Below are positions 1-12,714 of a stretch of 63,939 nt of DNA, in pieces (position 1 is the first letter of the stretch; the number at the start of each line of letters is the position of its first letter). Under the pieces are notes generated by a model. The model had not been told where the DNA came from. It was given only the letters and a program-made list of their open reading frames with translations, and ran no database searches. This DNA is from Lama glama. Its lineage: Eukaryota. The position numbers and the translations under genes were made by a program. The stretch lies in contig CM052816.1 in NCBI GenBank assembly GCA_028534125.1, forward strand, positions 69,504,062-69,568,000. The letters run 5' to 3'.

Positions 1-229
1 TGCACTAGGGACTAGTACCTGTGTTCAGTTTCTGGTGCCCAGATACCCTTTCCTAGGTACTTAGGGTAGAATACTTGTTCTCAGAAAGCCTTTTCTGTCT
101 AGATAGGCTAGAAGGTCACAGGAACATGTCAACGTGTTATTTGTGGTAGGTAAGTGATAACTACATTCAGCACAGGTTTTTTATTGGCTTTTGGTAGTCA
201 GAATATTCACTGAACCATAAGATACTTTT

Positions 230-368
230 AAAAATTATTTTACTTTTTTTTTGGCAGGGGGAGGTAATTAGATTATTTATTTATTTGTTTCTAGTGAAGA
301 TACTGGGATTGAACCCAGGACCTTATGCATGCTAAGCATGTGTTCTACCACTGAGCTATAAGCTCCCT
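230..368 (-). mobile_element. Camelid-type tRNA-Ala-derived SINE (vic-1-like)
   Basis: The reverse complement reads as a tRNA-Ala(AGC)-like head (AGCTCAGTGGTAGAACACATGCTTAGCATGCATAAGGTCCTGGGTTCAATCCC) with an A-rich tail. The TSD CCATAA(G/A)ATACTTTT lies at 215-229 and 369-383. Confidence 0.9.
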
Positions 369-434
369 CCATAAAATACTTTTTGAACCTGCTTTATACA
401 CAGTTTGTTTGACATAATTTGCATTCATTTTTTC

Positions 435-550
435 TTAATGATTAAGAGTACGGGCTCTCAAGTCCAAAAGATTTGGGTTCGGATCCAGGTTCTGACACAT
501 ACTAGCTGGTATCTGTTTCCCCACCTCTAAACTGGGGATAATAATACCAC
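435..550 (+). mobile_element. MIR SINE fragment
   Basis: MIR-like motifs 'ttaagagtacgggctct...ttgggttcggatccaggttctgacacatactagctg...tctgtttcccc..ctctaaactggggataataata'. Confidence 0.7.
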
Positions 551-629
551 TGCAAATCAGAACACATCACACTTCCATTTAACTGTTTTAAGGAACTATC
601 CTTATTGTAGAGATGATGTCTCAGCCACA

Positions 630-945
630 ATGTAAGTTAGGATTGGAATTGTTTGGAAAATGGTGGCTTCAACAAGAGAAATGTTTTTTCCTCAGGCAGT
701 TAAGTCTAGAATTCATTAGTACCCCAAGATGCTTCTGTGCACTGCTTGTGGACTTTTAACTTGTGGTTCAAAATGACTGCCAGAGCTCCTGCCGTCACTT
801 CTGCTTTCCAGGCAATAGGATGGAGAAAGGGCAGAAGAATGTACTTCCCCCATGGAAGACTTCCGAGACTTTCTGATTGTATCTCGTTGACCAGAACTTG
901 GTCACATTGCCATACCTGGCTGCAAAGGAAGCTGGGGAATATATT
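630..945 (-). mobile_element. Old ERVL-MaLR LTR (MLT1J/K-like)
   Basis: Contains 'caaaatgactgccagagctcctgccgtcac...ccagaacttggtcacattgccatacctggctgcaaaggaagctggg', typical of old MLT1 LTRs in antisense. Confidence 0.65.
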
Positions 946-1659
946 TTTTTTCCCTCAAAAACAGACTTCTCTGCAACTACATTCAGCCATTCCTTACATA
1001 CTTGTATCTCTCTGGGTCTTCTTCTCTTGAGATTACTAGTAGGGTGATTCTTTTATTCTGCTTTGTTTAACTTTTTTGTATAGCTTCTTTTAATCATACT
1101 TTTGGCTTCCTCATGTACTGAGGTTCCTATGATTCTACATGATCATGAAGTTACTTAATACCTTTGTTTTTTGTTTTCTCTCAGCTCCACTTCCCACTGC
1201 TTCATCTTCTCAGTATTTTTCCACTCATATTCTGGAGCATGAGAATGATTGGTGTAGCCCAGCTTAGCTCTTCTTGCTGGGCCCCATCATGGTTGCTGGC
1301 CAGCTTGAGGACTGATGGCCTGCTAGTTTCATCAGCCCTGGCTATCGTGCTTACGGGCCTTTTTATCTGCAAGAGTGTAGAGGCAGAGCAGGCTTTGTAA
1401 TGTAGCCAGCATTCTTGCTCCCTGACAAGTGGAACTTCCTTTGGCAAGGACTTAGAAATCTTAAAACGATAATATTTAAAATTGAAAATCGTAACATGAA
1501 TGAATTTTAAATGGTATATAGACAGTCAGCAAGTATCAGTAACCGACAACGGATTGAAAAGTGATTATTTTCCAAAAATAGAAGAATCTTTAAGGTGTAT
1601 ACCAGTATCCTTCAAATACTTGCATATCCTGTGATATTTCTTGTTTTCATTCATGTCAC

Positions 1660-2000
1660 TTTCATCAGGAATGATCTCTTCTTTTTCTGTTACTCCCTTT
1701 CTCCTAGCTAACTCCTAACCTTTTAAGACTATTAAGGAGGTCCCCTCCTCTTTGCGAAGTCTTTCCTGACACCCCTGTAATGAGTTCGGAATTCCTACTC
1801 TGTCTCCCTGAAACTCTTTGTGCATATCTTTAACTATGCTGAGCACGTTTATCTTGCCATTATCTGTCACAAGTCTGTTAATGACTGTTCTCTCCTGAGC
1901 TGGAAGACTGTCGATGCCAGGATTTGGTCTTATTTATTGTTGTATATCTAATACCTGCCTGCCTAGCAATGCCTGACACATTAGTGATGCTCAGCAAATT
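1660..2000 (+). mobile_element. L2 LINE 3' end
   Basis: Contains 'gaagtctttcctgacaccc...ggtcttatttattgttgtat...cctagcaatgcctgacacattagtgatgctcagcaaat', which resembles the L2 terminus. Confidence 0.7.
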
Positions 2001-4439
2001 TTTTTCCTTTTTTTCTTGGGTTGAATTTTTTTTTTTTTTAAATCCCCACTGCCTGTTACAAAGTGAAGGAATAAGTCTTCCAAGGAAAGTGGTACTAATT
2101 GTCTTAATCTGGTAAATGACAAGGGCATTTCTTCCCTGCTCTCAATACTCTTTAATCAAAATTCTCAGAGAGAAAACTGTTCTTATCTTTGATATTGAAC
2201 CAGAATCCTGCTTTGGTTTGGATATTATGCATGACCTTTAATGCTGTTTTGCAGAAAATTGGCTAAAATTCTGCCAGGATGAAATTTGTAGATTCCTATA
2301 TGCCTGTTTATGCTTGTGTTTGGTTATTTTTGCTAGACGACTTTTTAGATCTGAGGTTTATATTCTGCTAGATGGCTTTTCAGATCTTTAATTGGATTTC
2401 ACAGAGAGGTCACGTGCTGCTTATTTTAATAGGTGAGGGCAATGATTCCTTTTGGGATTACTGGTGGAACTCTTACATGCTTCATCCCTGGACAGTTGTA
2501 GGCTGCTTGAGAAGTAGGGATGCTCTTGGGATGATGGTGGCACTGTGACAATTGAAGACAATTTTGCTAACTTTGCTTTAGATGCAAAGGTTTCTTTCCA
2601 GGTTGATGATCACTATCCTTTTACCAGAAGAAGCTATAACATAGATGTTGAGCAAACTTCCTCACATTTTGTAAGCAAAACTTCCTTTTATTTTGTAAAT
2701 ATAAATTTGAGTTCTTTTTAAAAAAGTAATTTCCTGTCTGAGGAAAGGAACCTTTTGAGTATGTTGAGGGAGTTGTTAAATAATTCACTGTTAATGCTTT
2801 CCATGATAACAGTAACAGGAGATGCCGGCTCTAAAGTTGGTGACATTCCCAAGGGTTGGTTTCTGTGTCTGGAGGAGTGACTACAGCATAATGACAGACG
2901 TAACCTTTACTCAGAAACGATTCTGCCCACTCAGCACTTTGGAGCGTCCCTGCACCTTGGAACGCATTGAACCCGTCTTCTCGCCACAGTTGCCCAAATC
3001 CTGCATCTTTGTCTCCAGCCCATTTGTTTTGGGATGCTGTCAAGAGAAAATGCTAGATCTTAGCTTTATTTGGAAGTTGGTAACCAGGCATGCGCCTCCT
3101 TTGAAGGTGGTTTACTGCTCTCCCTTCCCCCGTCTCGCTGCCCTTGTTCTAACATGTACTCCTGGGACTCCAAAGCATTGGCTTGGCTGTATTAACTTTT
3201 TATTTTTATCACACACCGAATTACAGAGGAGAGAATAAGGAAACATGACTGTCACATCGCTCTATGTCAAAATGAGGGATTGCATAGCACATAAAATAGT
3301 GAAAAAACAACAATTTTAGAAAAAGAAAATTAATATGTTTTTTCTTCCTCTGAAACTGAAATTTGTACACCTTGAAATTAATTTTTTTCAGACTGTATAG
3401 TATTTTCTACCATCTTGCTGAAATTTTTTTCCCACTATTTTCATGCTTACCTTTTGAAATTTCTTAGGGAAAACAACAGTGAACTGTTAAGTAATCATAT
3501 TAATTTCAAATTGAGTATTCTTTTTCTCTTTTTCTGGATTATGTATCTTTTACTGTAGCCCTGTCTTAACAGATTGGTTAAAATCTGTGACTGACTTTTG
3601 ACAGCATTTCACTTTTGCACTTTCATCAGATGAGGCAGCAAAGAAGATGAGATTGTTCTGACGCCTATTGCTTTTGAAACTATTCTTTAGTTCTTCCTCA
3701 GACAAGTCTAGATGTAGATTTGTGAATGCTGGTTTAGAGTCTGCTGGGTCAGAGTTGATCTAGGGGAGAGATCCATTTTTTCCTTGGGAGTAATTACTTA
3801 TCTTTCATTCTAGGCAATGCATTAAGTCCCAGGGATTTACAGTTAAAATGGGTTCTTGTAAATAGTGCATCTTTATGGGTAATATGAACTAATTCTTTAA
3901 AATTTATAACCAGTTCCTGTAGCATGACCAAAAGAAGTTTGGTTATGCTTTTAAATATCTCTTTTTATTCAACTCCCTCTAATTAGAGTGAAGAAGGCTG
4001 TTCCTAAGAATGTTACTGTTAGAATGAATTTGGAGTTTGAGTGACAGATGTGCTACTTGGTCTGAGGTCAGATGTTCAGGGATAAGGCAGCATTTGTAAA
4101 GATTAGGGGTGAGGGGGAGAGAAGGAGGACATAAGACTGGTCAGAAAAAAAAATACGCAGGATAAGTCGAGGGTTTTCAGGGTAACAATTTTGGCAATCT
4201 CGGTTAACAGTACTTGTACATTTTGGGAATGTGAAAAGGAAGAAGAATTGAGAAGTAGGTTTTTAGTAACTGAAGAATAAATATGTCTCTCCTTTCAAAG
4301 ATAAAGCTCTCAAGAGAGTTACCCTCTAATGATAAATACTGGGGCTCCTTCTTTTAAGGCACTGAGATCGCCTACGTCTTAAAACTGAATGTTGCCCTGT
4401 ACCCGTTATATTAGTTGGTTGAGAGAGATGCACAAAGGT

Positions 4440-4770
4440 CTTTAAACAGGTTAGAGGTTTATTTCTGTTTCATGTACAGTTTGGAGGAGGGGATGTGGCA
4501 GCCCCACTGTCATCATCCTTGGCCTCCATTTCCCGTGTCCACCATTCTCTGGGCACCCTCACAATTCAGGGTAGTTGCTGGGGTGACATTAAGTCTCAGT
4601 TGCAGACTGGGGGAACAGTAGGAAAGGCAGAAAAGCTAGAAGGGGTCCTTCATAGAGCCAGTCTTTTGTGCATCCTTCACTTGACTCATGTCGGAGAGCT
4701 TAGTCACAGGATAGTCCCTCGCTCCAAGGAAGGCTGGGAAATAGACTTGTTCCAGGTAACATAAAATAAG
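4440..4770 (-). mobile_element. Old MLT1 LTR fragment (probably continues at about 5378-5430 after the MER41-like insertion)
   Basis: Contains 'cttagtcacaggatagtccctcgctccaaggaaggctgggaaatag'. An MLT1-like end 'gaagggagaataaatgtcgggcaa' follows the LTR. Confidence 0.5.
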
Positions 4771-4864
4771 ATAGTTATTTTTCACTTGGGGGAAGTAACC
4801 TTTCTAGCTTACTGGGAGAATTAAAAAATTCGTTTTGTACAAAAGTACAAATCGGGATAATTTC

Positions 4865-5373
4865 TGTTGACTGAAAAAAATTGCACAACCTTAAAGTTGA
4901 GAATTATGTTTTATTTGGCGGATTTTCTGAGGATTTCAAGCCCCAGAGACAGCCTCTCAGCTCTGAGGGACAGCTCCCAAGAGGTAAGGGAGAAGCCAAG
5001 ATATATAGGAGTTTTGTAACAAAAACCAGGTAGTCAGAACATCAAGATTACAGTTAATTAAAGAAAACCAGACATCTCAAGTTAGTGAATTTAGCACTTC
5101 TCTATGTATGATAAGATACAAGAGTCTGGGCTCTTGGAAATCATTCCTTTGATACGCACCTCATCTCTCTAGGGCCAGTATCCTGTGCTTCCCCTGAGTC
5201 CCTCAGGGGGCACCTTTGGGGGCAGCTGCAGTGTTGACTGCTTGATGGGGGGCATCCTGTTTCCATCCTGAGTTTGCTTGGGGCTCACCTTCAGGGGCAG
5301 CTGTAGTGACTGATGGCCGCAACATCCTTTGTTTACTGGTACTGCTGGGTGGCACTCTCAATCCTAGTCCACA
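4865..5373 (-). mobile_element. ERV1 solo LTR, artiodactyl MER41-like
   Basis: 509 bp with TG...CA termini and AATAAA on the - strand (tttatt at about 4910). The 4-bp flanks are TTTC/TATC. It is highly similar to the second copy at 22695-23203. Confidence 0.85.
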
Positions 5374-7211
5374 TATCCGGAGGAGGAAGGGAGAATAAAT
5401 GTCGGGCAAGGTAATGAGCATTCTGTTGTTCAGCTCTGAGGAGGTTAGTGACATTGCCCTGGGTTGTTTCCAGTGGTGTATTTTATTCAAAATAAAGAAA
5501 CTCTATAGTGTCATGAGGATAATGATACTTTAATGATACAAATAATGCCCAATATTAAATCACCAGCCATTTATTTGAACAAGAGCACCTTTGAATGTTT
5601 GGAACTTTTTGGAAGTTTAAGTAGAGTGTAAGAACTTCACCCAACAAATTTTCTTATGAGTTTGATTTTTCCATTGCTGTAAATTTCATTCTGAACGTCC
5701 ATGCAACATAGCCTTGGCTTTCAATACTTTCCTTACCTATTTCCTTTAATCTCCTGTGGATATCTGAGGAGGTTGGCTCATTTTGCAGAATGTGTCTGAT
5801 AGGACTTCTGGGCCTTCAGAAGGAGCACAACTTTGGAAGTCTTTTGGCTCCCGTGGGAGGTGGGGATCCTGTATCTCTGCTTCCTTGGCACAGTGGATAC
5901 AACCACGATTGCCGAGATTTGTGACATTATAAACTTTACGGAGAAGCTTTTGCTTGCCAACAATAAGCCATAATAACAATGCGGGACTGTATAAAGTTCG
6001 GGTTGTTTTGACTACATACCAATTTAATGTGCTAAAAATATTCCTCCAGTTAAAGAAAAGACAATAAATCAATACTCATGTTTAGTATGCATGGTTTTGT
6101 GAGTGGGCACGAGTCTCAGGAGTCTGAACTTGATTTAGGAATGAGAACTTGTGAACTCTGACTTCTGTCTTTGATATTCTGAGACAAAGGACCTCCCTCA
6201 GTCTTCTCTCTCAGTTCAGCCCATTCAAAACGTTTAGTATAAAAAAAAATGAGGTCTTCCCTTTTTACAAAGGTTACTTTTCTATAAGCATCATAGAGAT
6301 TTATGATCTAGTAAGAATTGAACTAAAAAAAAGTGCTTGTGAAACTATTTCTAGCAGTCAAAGAATTAATTTTGAAAAATTAGATATTAGGGCAGGATTT
6401 AAAGGAATGAAATCAAACCGATATAATAAATCACATTCCTTAAACTATGCTTTTGAGTGGAGATTGAAGTATCTGCTTTATAGTTCCATGATGAAGCGCC
6501 GTACTGCACACTTTATTATCCCTGGCTTATTTGATCTGGCCTAGAAACAGCAGAGAGAAGAAGAAAAATCAGCCAGTTGCTCGTAAAGCAGATGTTGGAA
6601 GACAATAGATTTTCTTTAACAGAGAGAAGCAAGACAAGGGCGGGGGGTGGGGTGTCAATTCTGTTGAAGAAACATTTATTTGTAATCTCTTATTTCAATC
6701 TAGTAGAAAATGTCTGAATGTATGGAAATCTCATTTTCTGTTTGTAGAATTGGCATTTACATGGTAAGCACTGTATATTTTTGAAGTACCAAACATGAAA
6801 ATACAAATGAAGAACTGAGTATTGGAGTCTGTGGAGCTGTGGGAATTGTCCTTTACTGCCGGTGGGAGTGTAGATTTATATAACCACTTTGAAAAATAAT
6901 AAAGTTGAATACCAGTGTATTCTGTGACCTATGCAAAACTCCTAGGTATGTACTTTAGAGAAATTGTTGTGTAATTATAAAGGAGACCCATTTAGGCTCC
7001 TAGTAGAAGTATTCATTAAAGGAGAATATTAGAAATAACACAAATGTCTATCAGTGATTGATTGGATTAATACATTTTGGAATTTTAATTAATTTCATAG
7101 GACTCCATATAGCAGCAAACATGAACTAAAAATAATATATGAACTACAGCTATAATAGAACATGATGGTTACATTTTACAAACATAAGATCGAATAAAAA
7201 AATCACAAGAA

Positions 7212-7659
7212 CACTACTCAGCCATAAAAAAGAATAAAAATAATGCCATTTGCAGCAATATGGTGGACCTGAAGATTGTCATTCTAAGTGAAGTGGGCCA
7301 GAAAGAGAGAAAAGTGCCATATGACATTTATATGAAGAGTCTAAAAAAATAATAACAATAATAATGACACAAATGAACTAATTATTTTGATTTCTTGAAT
7401 ATGTGTAAGCACATTTGACTGTCCTTTATGATTGGATTACCACATTCTATTGATTCTTATTTTGTGGTTGGCTTTATTCCTTTAATAACTATGTAAGTTT
7501 AAAAAGCTAAAGATCTAATCTGTTCTTAGAAACAGTAACTAGTACATATATGAAAACAAAAAAAATGCAGTATACTGTGTATATGCTTTTTTTTACATGC
7601 AGTATAATGTGTATGTGCAGTCAAACTGTAATAATTCTATGTAATAAAACTGAAAAAGG
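7212..7659 (+). mobile_element. TSD-flanked insertion: young L1 ORF2-end fragment (7212-7383) fused to non-L1 sequence with a poly(A) signal
   Basis: The 5' part matches the L1 at 56495-56650. The flanks are AAAAAATCACA(A/G)GAA at 7197-7211 and 7660-7674. AATAAA is at 7643-7648. Confidence 0.7.
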
Positions 7660-7808
7660 AAAAAATCACAGGAAAATACATGCTATATAATTTCATTTCT
7701 AAAAATTGCAAAAATAGCAAAACTAAGCAATACATTGTTTTAGGGTTACATATATTGGTAGGTAAGCTATAAAGAAAAGCAGAAATTCAGATGTGGTCAC
7801 CTCCAGGG

Positions 7809-8012
7809 CAGCAGTTCTCAACAGGGGATGGTTTGCCCTCTGTGGTCTATATGATGATGTCTGGAGACAACTTCAGTTGCTACTGCTGAGGCGGGTGGTG
7901 GTGTGCTACTGGGATCTCCTTAGGCAGAGGCCAGGGGTTGCTAAACACCCAGCGATACACTGGGTTAAGCACCTAAGAATTAATCAGTAGTGCTGAGGTA
8001 GAGGGATTCCAC
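7809..8012 (+). mobile_element. MER20 (hAT-Charlie MITE)
   Basis: Contains 'cagcagttctcaacaggggatggtttgccc...tgtctggagaca...tgctactgg..ggcagaggccaggg..tgctaaacacc...agtgctgaggt'. Confidence 0.8.
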
Positions 8013-8940
8013 TGCAGGAGAATGGAAGGAAGAAAAAGGCTTTACAAGTTTGTAATATTCTACTTCTTAGCTTGAATGGTGGGCACATGGTGTTGGCTTT
8101 ATAATTATTCTTTACATGACATATTTGCTTTATTCTATTTATGTATGATACATTTCATAGCACAAAACAATAGAAAATATGTTAATGTTTGTTTTGGATA
8201 TTTTGTTTTCCCCCCACAGGAGTCCTTTTCAGTCGACTCCAGTGCCCTGAGCCTGTTGGGGTTGTGTCTATGTAGATGACCATTAAAGGGCTTTTCCAAT
8301 CTTAAGTTTCAGTGACAAAGTATCTTGACTTTTTCCCTTTAAAGGCCTATTTAAGGAATTCTGAGACTGAGCAGGAAATAGAGTGATGTGGCTTTTAAAG
8401 ACCAAATTGCTTTCTAGGGAAGGATTTAAAAAGAATTTAAGTGATTGTTTCTCATCCACCTAGCACAGAGGAATATGAGTCTGTGTGCACAAAAAGTTTA
8501 AGGAAATTATTTGGATTGCATGAGGCAGGAGTTCTGAGTAAATGATAGGACCACAGGCTGTAAGTTTCCGAGGGTGGCGCCTTTCTGTGTTTGTCCTTGG
8601 ACCTTCCTTAACACCGGACACCACATCTGGCGCTTGGTGAATGCTCAGTAGCTGCTCAAGTATGCTGCAGTGAGCATGGTTGTCAGTTTTGTGTTACTTT
8701 GAACTTAAAAAAAAAAAAATCAAAAACAGATTTGCTTTATTCCTTCTAGACTTTTTATTTTTGCTGCTTGTCTCCATTAAGTGTCTTTTTATGTATTGTA
8801 CGCTTTCCTGCAAGCGGCTGGATTTTGTATGTGATGTTTGCAATCTCAAAACAAAATTGGGTGGTGTTTGTCCCCATTTAGATGCATAGGTTACTTGGGA
8901 GCTAGAGGTGTTTTCTATTCTTTTATGTGAAATTACTCTG

Positions 8941-9375
8941 AGTGTGTCTTTTGGGGTCCTCGGGAAGCAGACGCCATATTGGAGTTAGTGAGGAAGAGAG
9001 AAGTTGGAGAGATCATGGGGGAGGAAACAGGAGAAGGTATGGAGAGCCTTCAGACCCTGTTGCCGGTCTGGCTCCTGGGAAAAGGGAACGGGGAGGAAGA
9101 GCTTTAGGCTCAATGAGGTTCTGGGAAAGTCTTGCTTGGGCTGCTGGGGACTCCTTGAGCAGAGCTGCCTGTGTGAGGAGTCCCATGATGGGCAAGAAAG
9201 GCCTAATTCCAGGACTTCTGCATGCCCGGGCCCTGGCTGGCAGCGGCCCAGCAGAAGCCCAGCCCCAGCACGAATGACATGGTGACCTGCAGTTGTGGCA
9301 GCTGGAGGCTGTCAGTCAGCTGTGCTGCTCTGGGCTGGAGATCTGAGTGCGGACACCACAGGGAGGCAACACAAC
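8941..9375 (-). mobile_element. ERVL LTR16-like solo LTR
   Basis: Contains 'ggggtcctcgggaagcagacgcc...ggagagccttcagacc..tgccggtctggctcctgggaaa...ggaggctgtcagtcagctgtgctgc'. Confidence 0.6.
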
Positions 9376-9566
9376 AATGTGTTAGCAACTAGAGCCTGCA
9401 AATACTGGGCCTGTTGATGTCAGGAATTGTGGTGAGGCATCCTTGATGACCTAGCATGTAGCCTGGGCTTGGGACCATGTGGGTGTTCAATCCCTGCATA
9501 GTTAATGAAGAAGCTTCTGCTGTGAAATAATTCTAAGGCTGATATAAATTGTGCCCAAAAGGGGGG

Positions 9567-9921
9567 TGCTGTGGAGTAAGTTACATTCCTACCTAGAATT
9601 TGTGTTGAAGCCCTAATCCCGAATGTAATGGTGTTTGGTGATGGGGCCTTTGGGAGATAACTGGGTTTAGACACAGTCAGAAGGGTGGGGCCCTTGTGCG
9701 ATTAACCTTAAAAGAGACATCGGAGAGTTTGGTTTTTCCTCGTGTGTGCTGTGAATCAAGAAGGTGGCCTTCTATAAGCTAGAAAAGGAGCTCTTACCAG
9801 AACCTGACCGTGCTGGCACCCTGATCTCGGACTTGTAACTTCTAGAACTGTGAGAAATTTCTGTTATTTAAGCCACCCATTCTATGATATTTTGTTTTGG
9901 TAGCCCAAGCAGACTAAAACA
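9567..9921 (+). mobile_element. MLT1A-like MaLR solo LTR
   Basis: About 355 bp with TG...CA ends. Contains 'gttgaagccctaatcccgaatgtaatggtgtttggtgatggggcctttgggagataa...gctggcaccctgatctcggactt...tttaagccaccca...gcagactaaaaca'. Confidence 0.85.
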
Positions 9922-10719
9922 GGAAGGGGGAAAATTTCTGAATTGTAAATAAAGAACATAAATTAATCTGAAAAACTTTTATTAGCATCTGTTGAAAATA
10001 AATGCTAAGTTCTGAGTAAAACAAAGTAGAGGAGGAAATAAAAGATGATGGGTGAGTGTATGGGGTGAGAAACGGTGTTAGGTAGTTGACCAGACTTCTG
10101 TTTCTATATGCGTCTAATATTATGGCCAAACAGCAGCTGATGAAGCACTTAAAAACCAAGGAGAGAAAAGCCATAGTTCTTACAGATTTGAGATCCACAG
10201 TCTGAAATGAGCCAAGCCCAAAATGGAATGTATACAGGGCAGACACACGAAAAACTTCCAAGGTATACAAGTAAATGTGTTGTATGCAGGTGAATGCATA
10301 CTGAACCTCAAACATTAAAAAGTTTAGTAAAAATCCATGACTCAGAGACAACAAAGGATATACATGCCATCTGCCCTTCTCCCCAGTGTTTGGCATGGAC
10401 AGAGCTTTCTCTAGGCACTGAAAGGAAATGATGCTTATAAAGAGTGCCTTAACTCAGGAAGCTGAAGAAAACAAATCCTCCTCAGTTTTCTAAGCAGGGA
10501 ACATAAGGGGTGGGCAGAGAAACTTACACACAGTGATGGGGTTATAACAGTTCCCAAACCCTAGAACAAATCGTAACAGAGCAAAGCAGAAAAAATGTTC
10601 TTCAGACCCAAGCATCTGCTTGAGGAGATAACTCTCTTCTGAGTGATGTGGCACAGGACAGAGTGTGCGCTCTCGAATGTGATACCGCGATGCATTACAA
10701 AGAGGTGATTTAGTTTTTG

Positions 10720-10970
10720 AAACAAAAGAAGCCCTGTTACGTGGATCTAGACTATTTTGGGTATTTCATAACAACATTCATTGGATTCTGGTCAGGAGGA
10801 CAGAGGGGAAGTAAGTCCAGGCCAAGAGTTTACATTACAATTGTGGGTCTATGATGTTATGAAATTCTGGCAATGGCAGCAGGCCACAGCGGAGAATGAG
10901 ATCTTGAAATGAACTGTTGGTGGTCAGGTGTGGATTAATTCTGGGTTAAGGGGCACTCAAGGGCATAGCT
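10720..10970 (+). mobile_element. Possible highly decayed CR1/L3 reverse-transcriptase fragment
   Basis: 'gtggatctagactattttgggtatttcataacaacattc' resembles the VDxxYLDFxKAF motif, and 'gtcaggtgtggattaattctgggtta...cactcaaggg' resembles VRWIxNWLxxRTQ. The similarity is weak and judged by eye. Confidence 0.3.
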
Positions 10971-11804
10971 CAGGACTCCCCTTTAGAATGTGAGGGTAGT
11001 TGCCCTCAAAGGGACCTGCAGTTGCCCCCAGACCTCTCTAAATTGGAAACTAACTGTTAGTAGAGCCAGGAGCACAGTGATGGGCGAGCAGCTTGTGGTG
11101 GTCAGAGCAGGATGAGGGTTGGAGGGCTAATCCGAGCATCTGGCCATCTTCCTTGTTGGGATGTGAACCCCTTTGCTCAAACCTGAAAGCTCAGAGGCCG
11201 AGATGAATGAAGCTGGATCAGTTAATCTTGCCTCTCCAGGGTGGTCATTTAAAGCACAGAGACCCCAGGGACTGGTCGTGGCCTCTGCATCCCTGACACC
11301 TGCACAAACTAAAATTCAATCTGGTGGTGAGTGAGATTTCAACTTAATAATCCTAGTAAAATAGCGTGCATGGTTAGATTTTGGTTAGTAATCAGAGCTC
11401 TGAAGTGTCTTTCAGTTCTTTTGATTTTGCAGAAAGTATCAAATACTGTTATGCTAGCAGAGAAAGCATTCATCCTTTAAAATAGTACCAGAATTTGTGA
11501 AAATGGCATCCAGATGCATCCTGACATAGAGACTTTCTCAGTTGTGGGTGGTGATCATCCTTTTATCTCGCTGTGACATTTGCCGGTACTACCTCACTGC
11601 TCATATTCAACTTCTGTGTCTTTTCCCCCCTGGGAGAGGGCAGGGAGAGCTACAACAAATGGCAAAATAGATTGTATATTATTATTTGTAATATTATTAG
11701 TAATTTTGTATATTATTAAAACTGTTTATTTTAATCTAACTCTTTAAGTCTAAACAAATCCTACACTTACCGTTTGAGTTTTTACAGTGTATAATGCTAC
11801 ATGT

Positions 11805-12305
11805 AAGGACACTTGCTGTTTTCTATTGCTGCTGAAACAAATGACCACACATTTCATGGGTTGCAACACCATAAATTTATTTCCCTATTGTTCTGGAAGT
11901 CAGAAGTCTGATATGAGTCTCAGTGGCCTAAAATCAAGATGTTGGCAGGGCTGTGTTCTTTCTGGAGACTCCAGAGGAGGATCCAGTCCCTGCCTTTCGG
12001 GGCTTCTGGTGGCTGCCTGTATTCCTGGGCTCATGGTCCCCTTCTAGCAGTGGCATCACTTCATCTTCTGCTTTGTTTGTCACATCTTCTCTGACACATC
12101 TAACTCTCCTGTCTCTTTATAAGGACCCCTGTGATTAAATTGTGCCCACCTGGATAACCCAGGCTACCCTTCCTGTCTCAAGATCCTTAATCACATCTGC
12201 GAAGCCCCTTTTTGCCATGTAAGGTAACATAGCTACAGGTTTCAGGGATTAGAACATGGACATCTCGTGAAGGAGGGGAAGAGAAGCATCATGCTGCCTG
12301 CCACA
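11805..12305 (-). mobile_element. MLT1C/D-like MaLR LTR
   Basis: Contains 'ttttctattgctgct..aacaaatgaccaca...gttctggaagtcagaagtctga...aaaatcaagatgttggcagggctg...tataaggacccctgtgatta...ttttgccatgtaaggtaacata...tgccaca'. Confidence 0.85.
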
Positions 12306-12714
12306 GGCACAGAGAGGGAAGTACAGAGGACTCTGCACTCTGTCATCATGCTGGAGGGAAAGAAAATCAAGGTAAGCAAGTCCTGATGCCGGATTAGGAT
12401 GTCATTGTCCTGTAAAACACCACCGTTAAATATTTGTCAGATAGACTGGCAGCCCTGCACATTGGCTCTGCAAATCCTGACTCTGGCAACAAACTAAAGA
12501 GCAGGGTTAACATACGACTATGTGGAGAGGCGTGGTGTTGACCGAACCTGTTTATTGTGCTCCTTGATGACTCCAGCTTAAATATTTATTGTAAACTGTG
12601 GAATGCTGAGATGTCTGCAGTCATGATAAAGAAATGGCAAGCTCCAAGACAAAGGGAGGCACACCTTAATTGAAGAAATTCAGCATAACTGTGGAGTTTA
12701 ATGGAGTGGGGATG

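Larger units (their letters stand above)
6800..8170 (+). mobile_element. Ancient L1ME-type LINE 3' region, interrupted by younger insertions
   Basis: Contains 'ggtgggagtgtagatttatataaccactttgaaaa...tgtgacctatgcaaaactcctaggtat...caaatgtctatcagt...aaaactaagcaatacattgttttaggg', matching an old L1 ORF2 end and 3' UTR. Confidence 0.7.
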
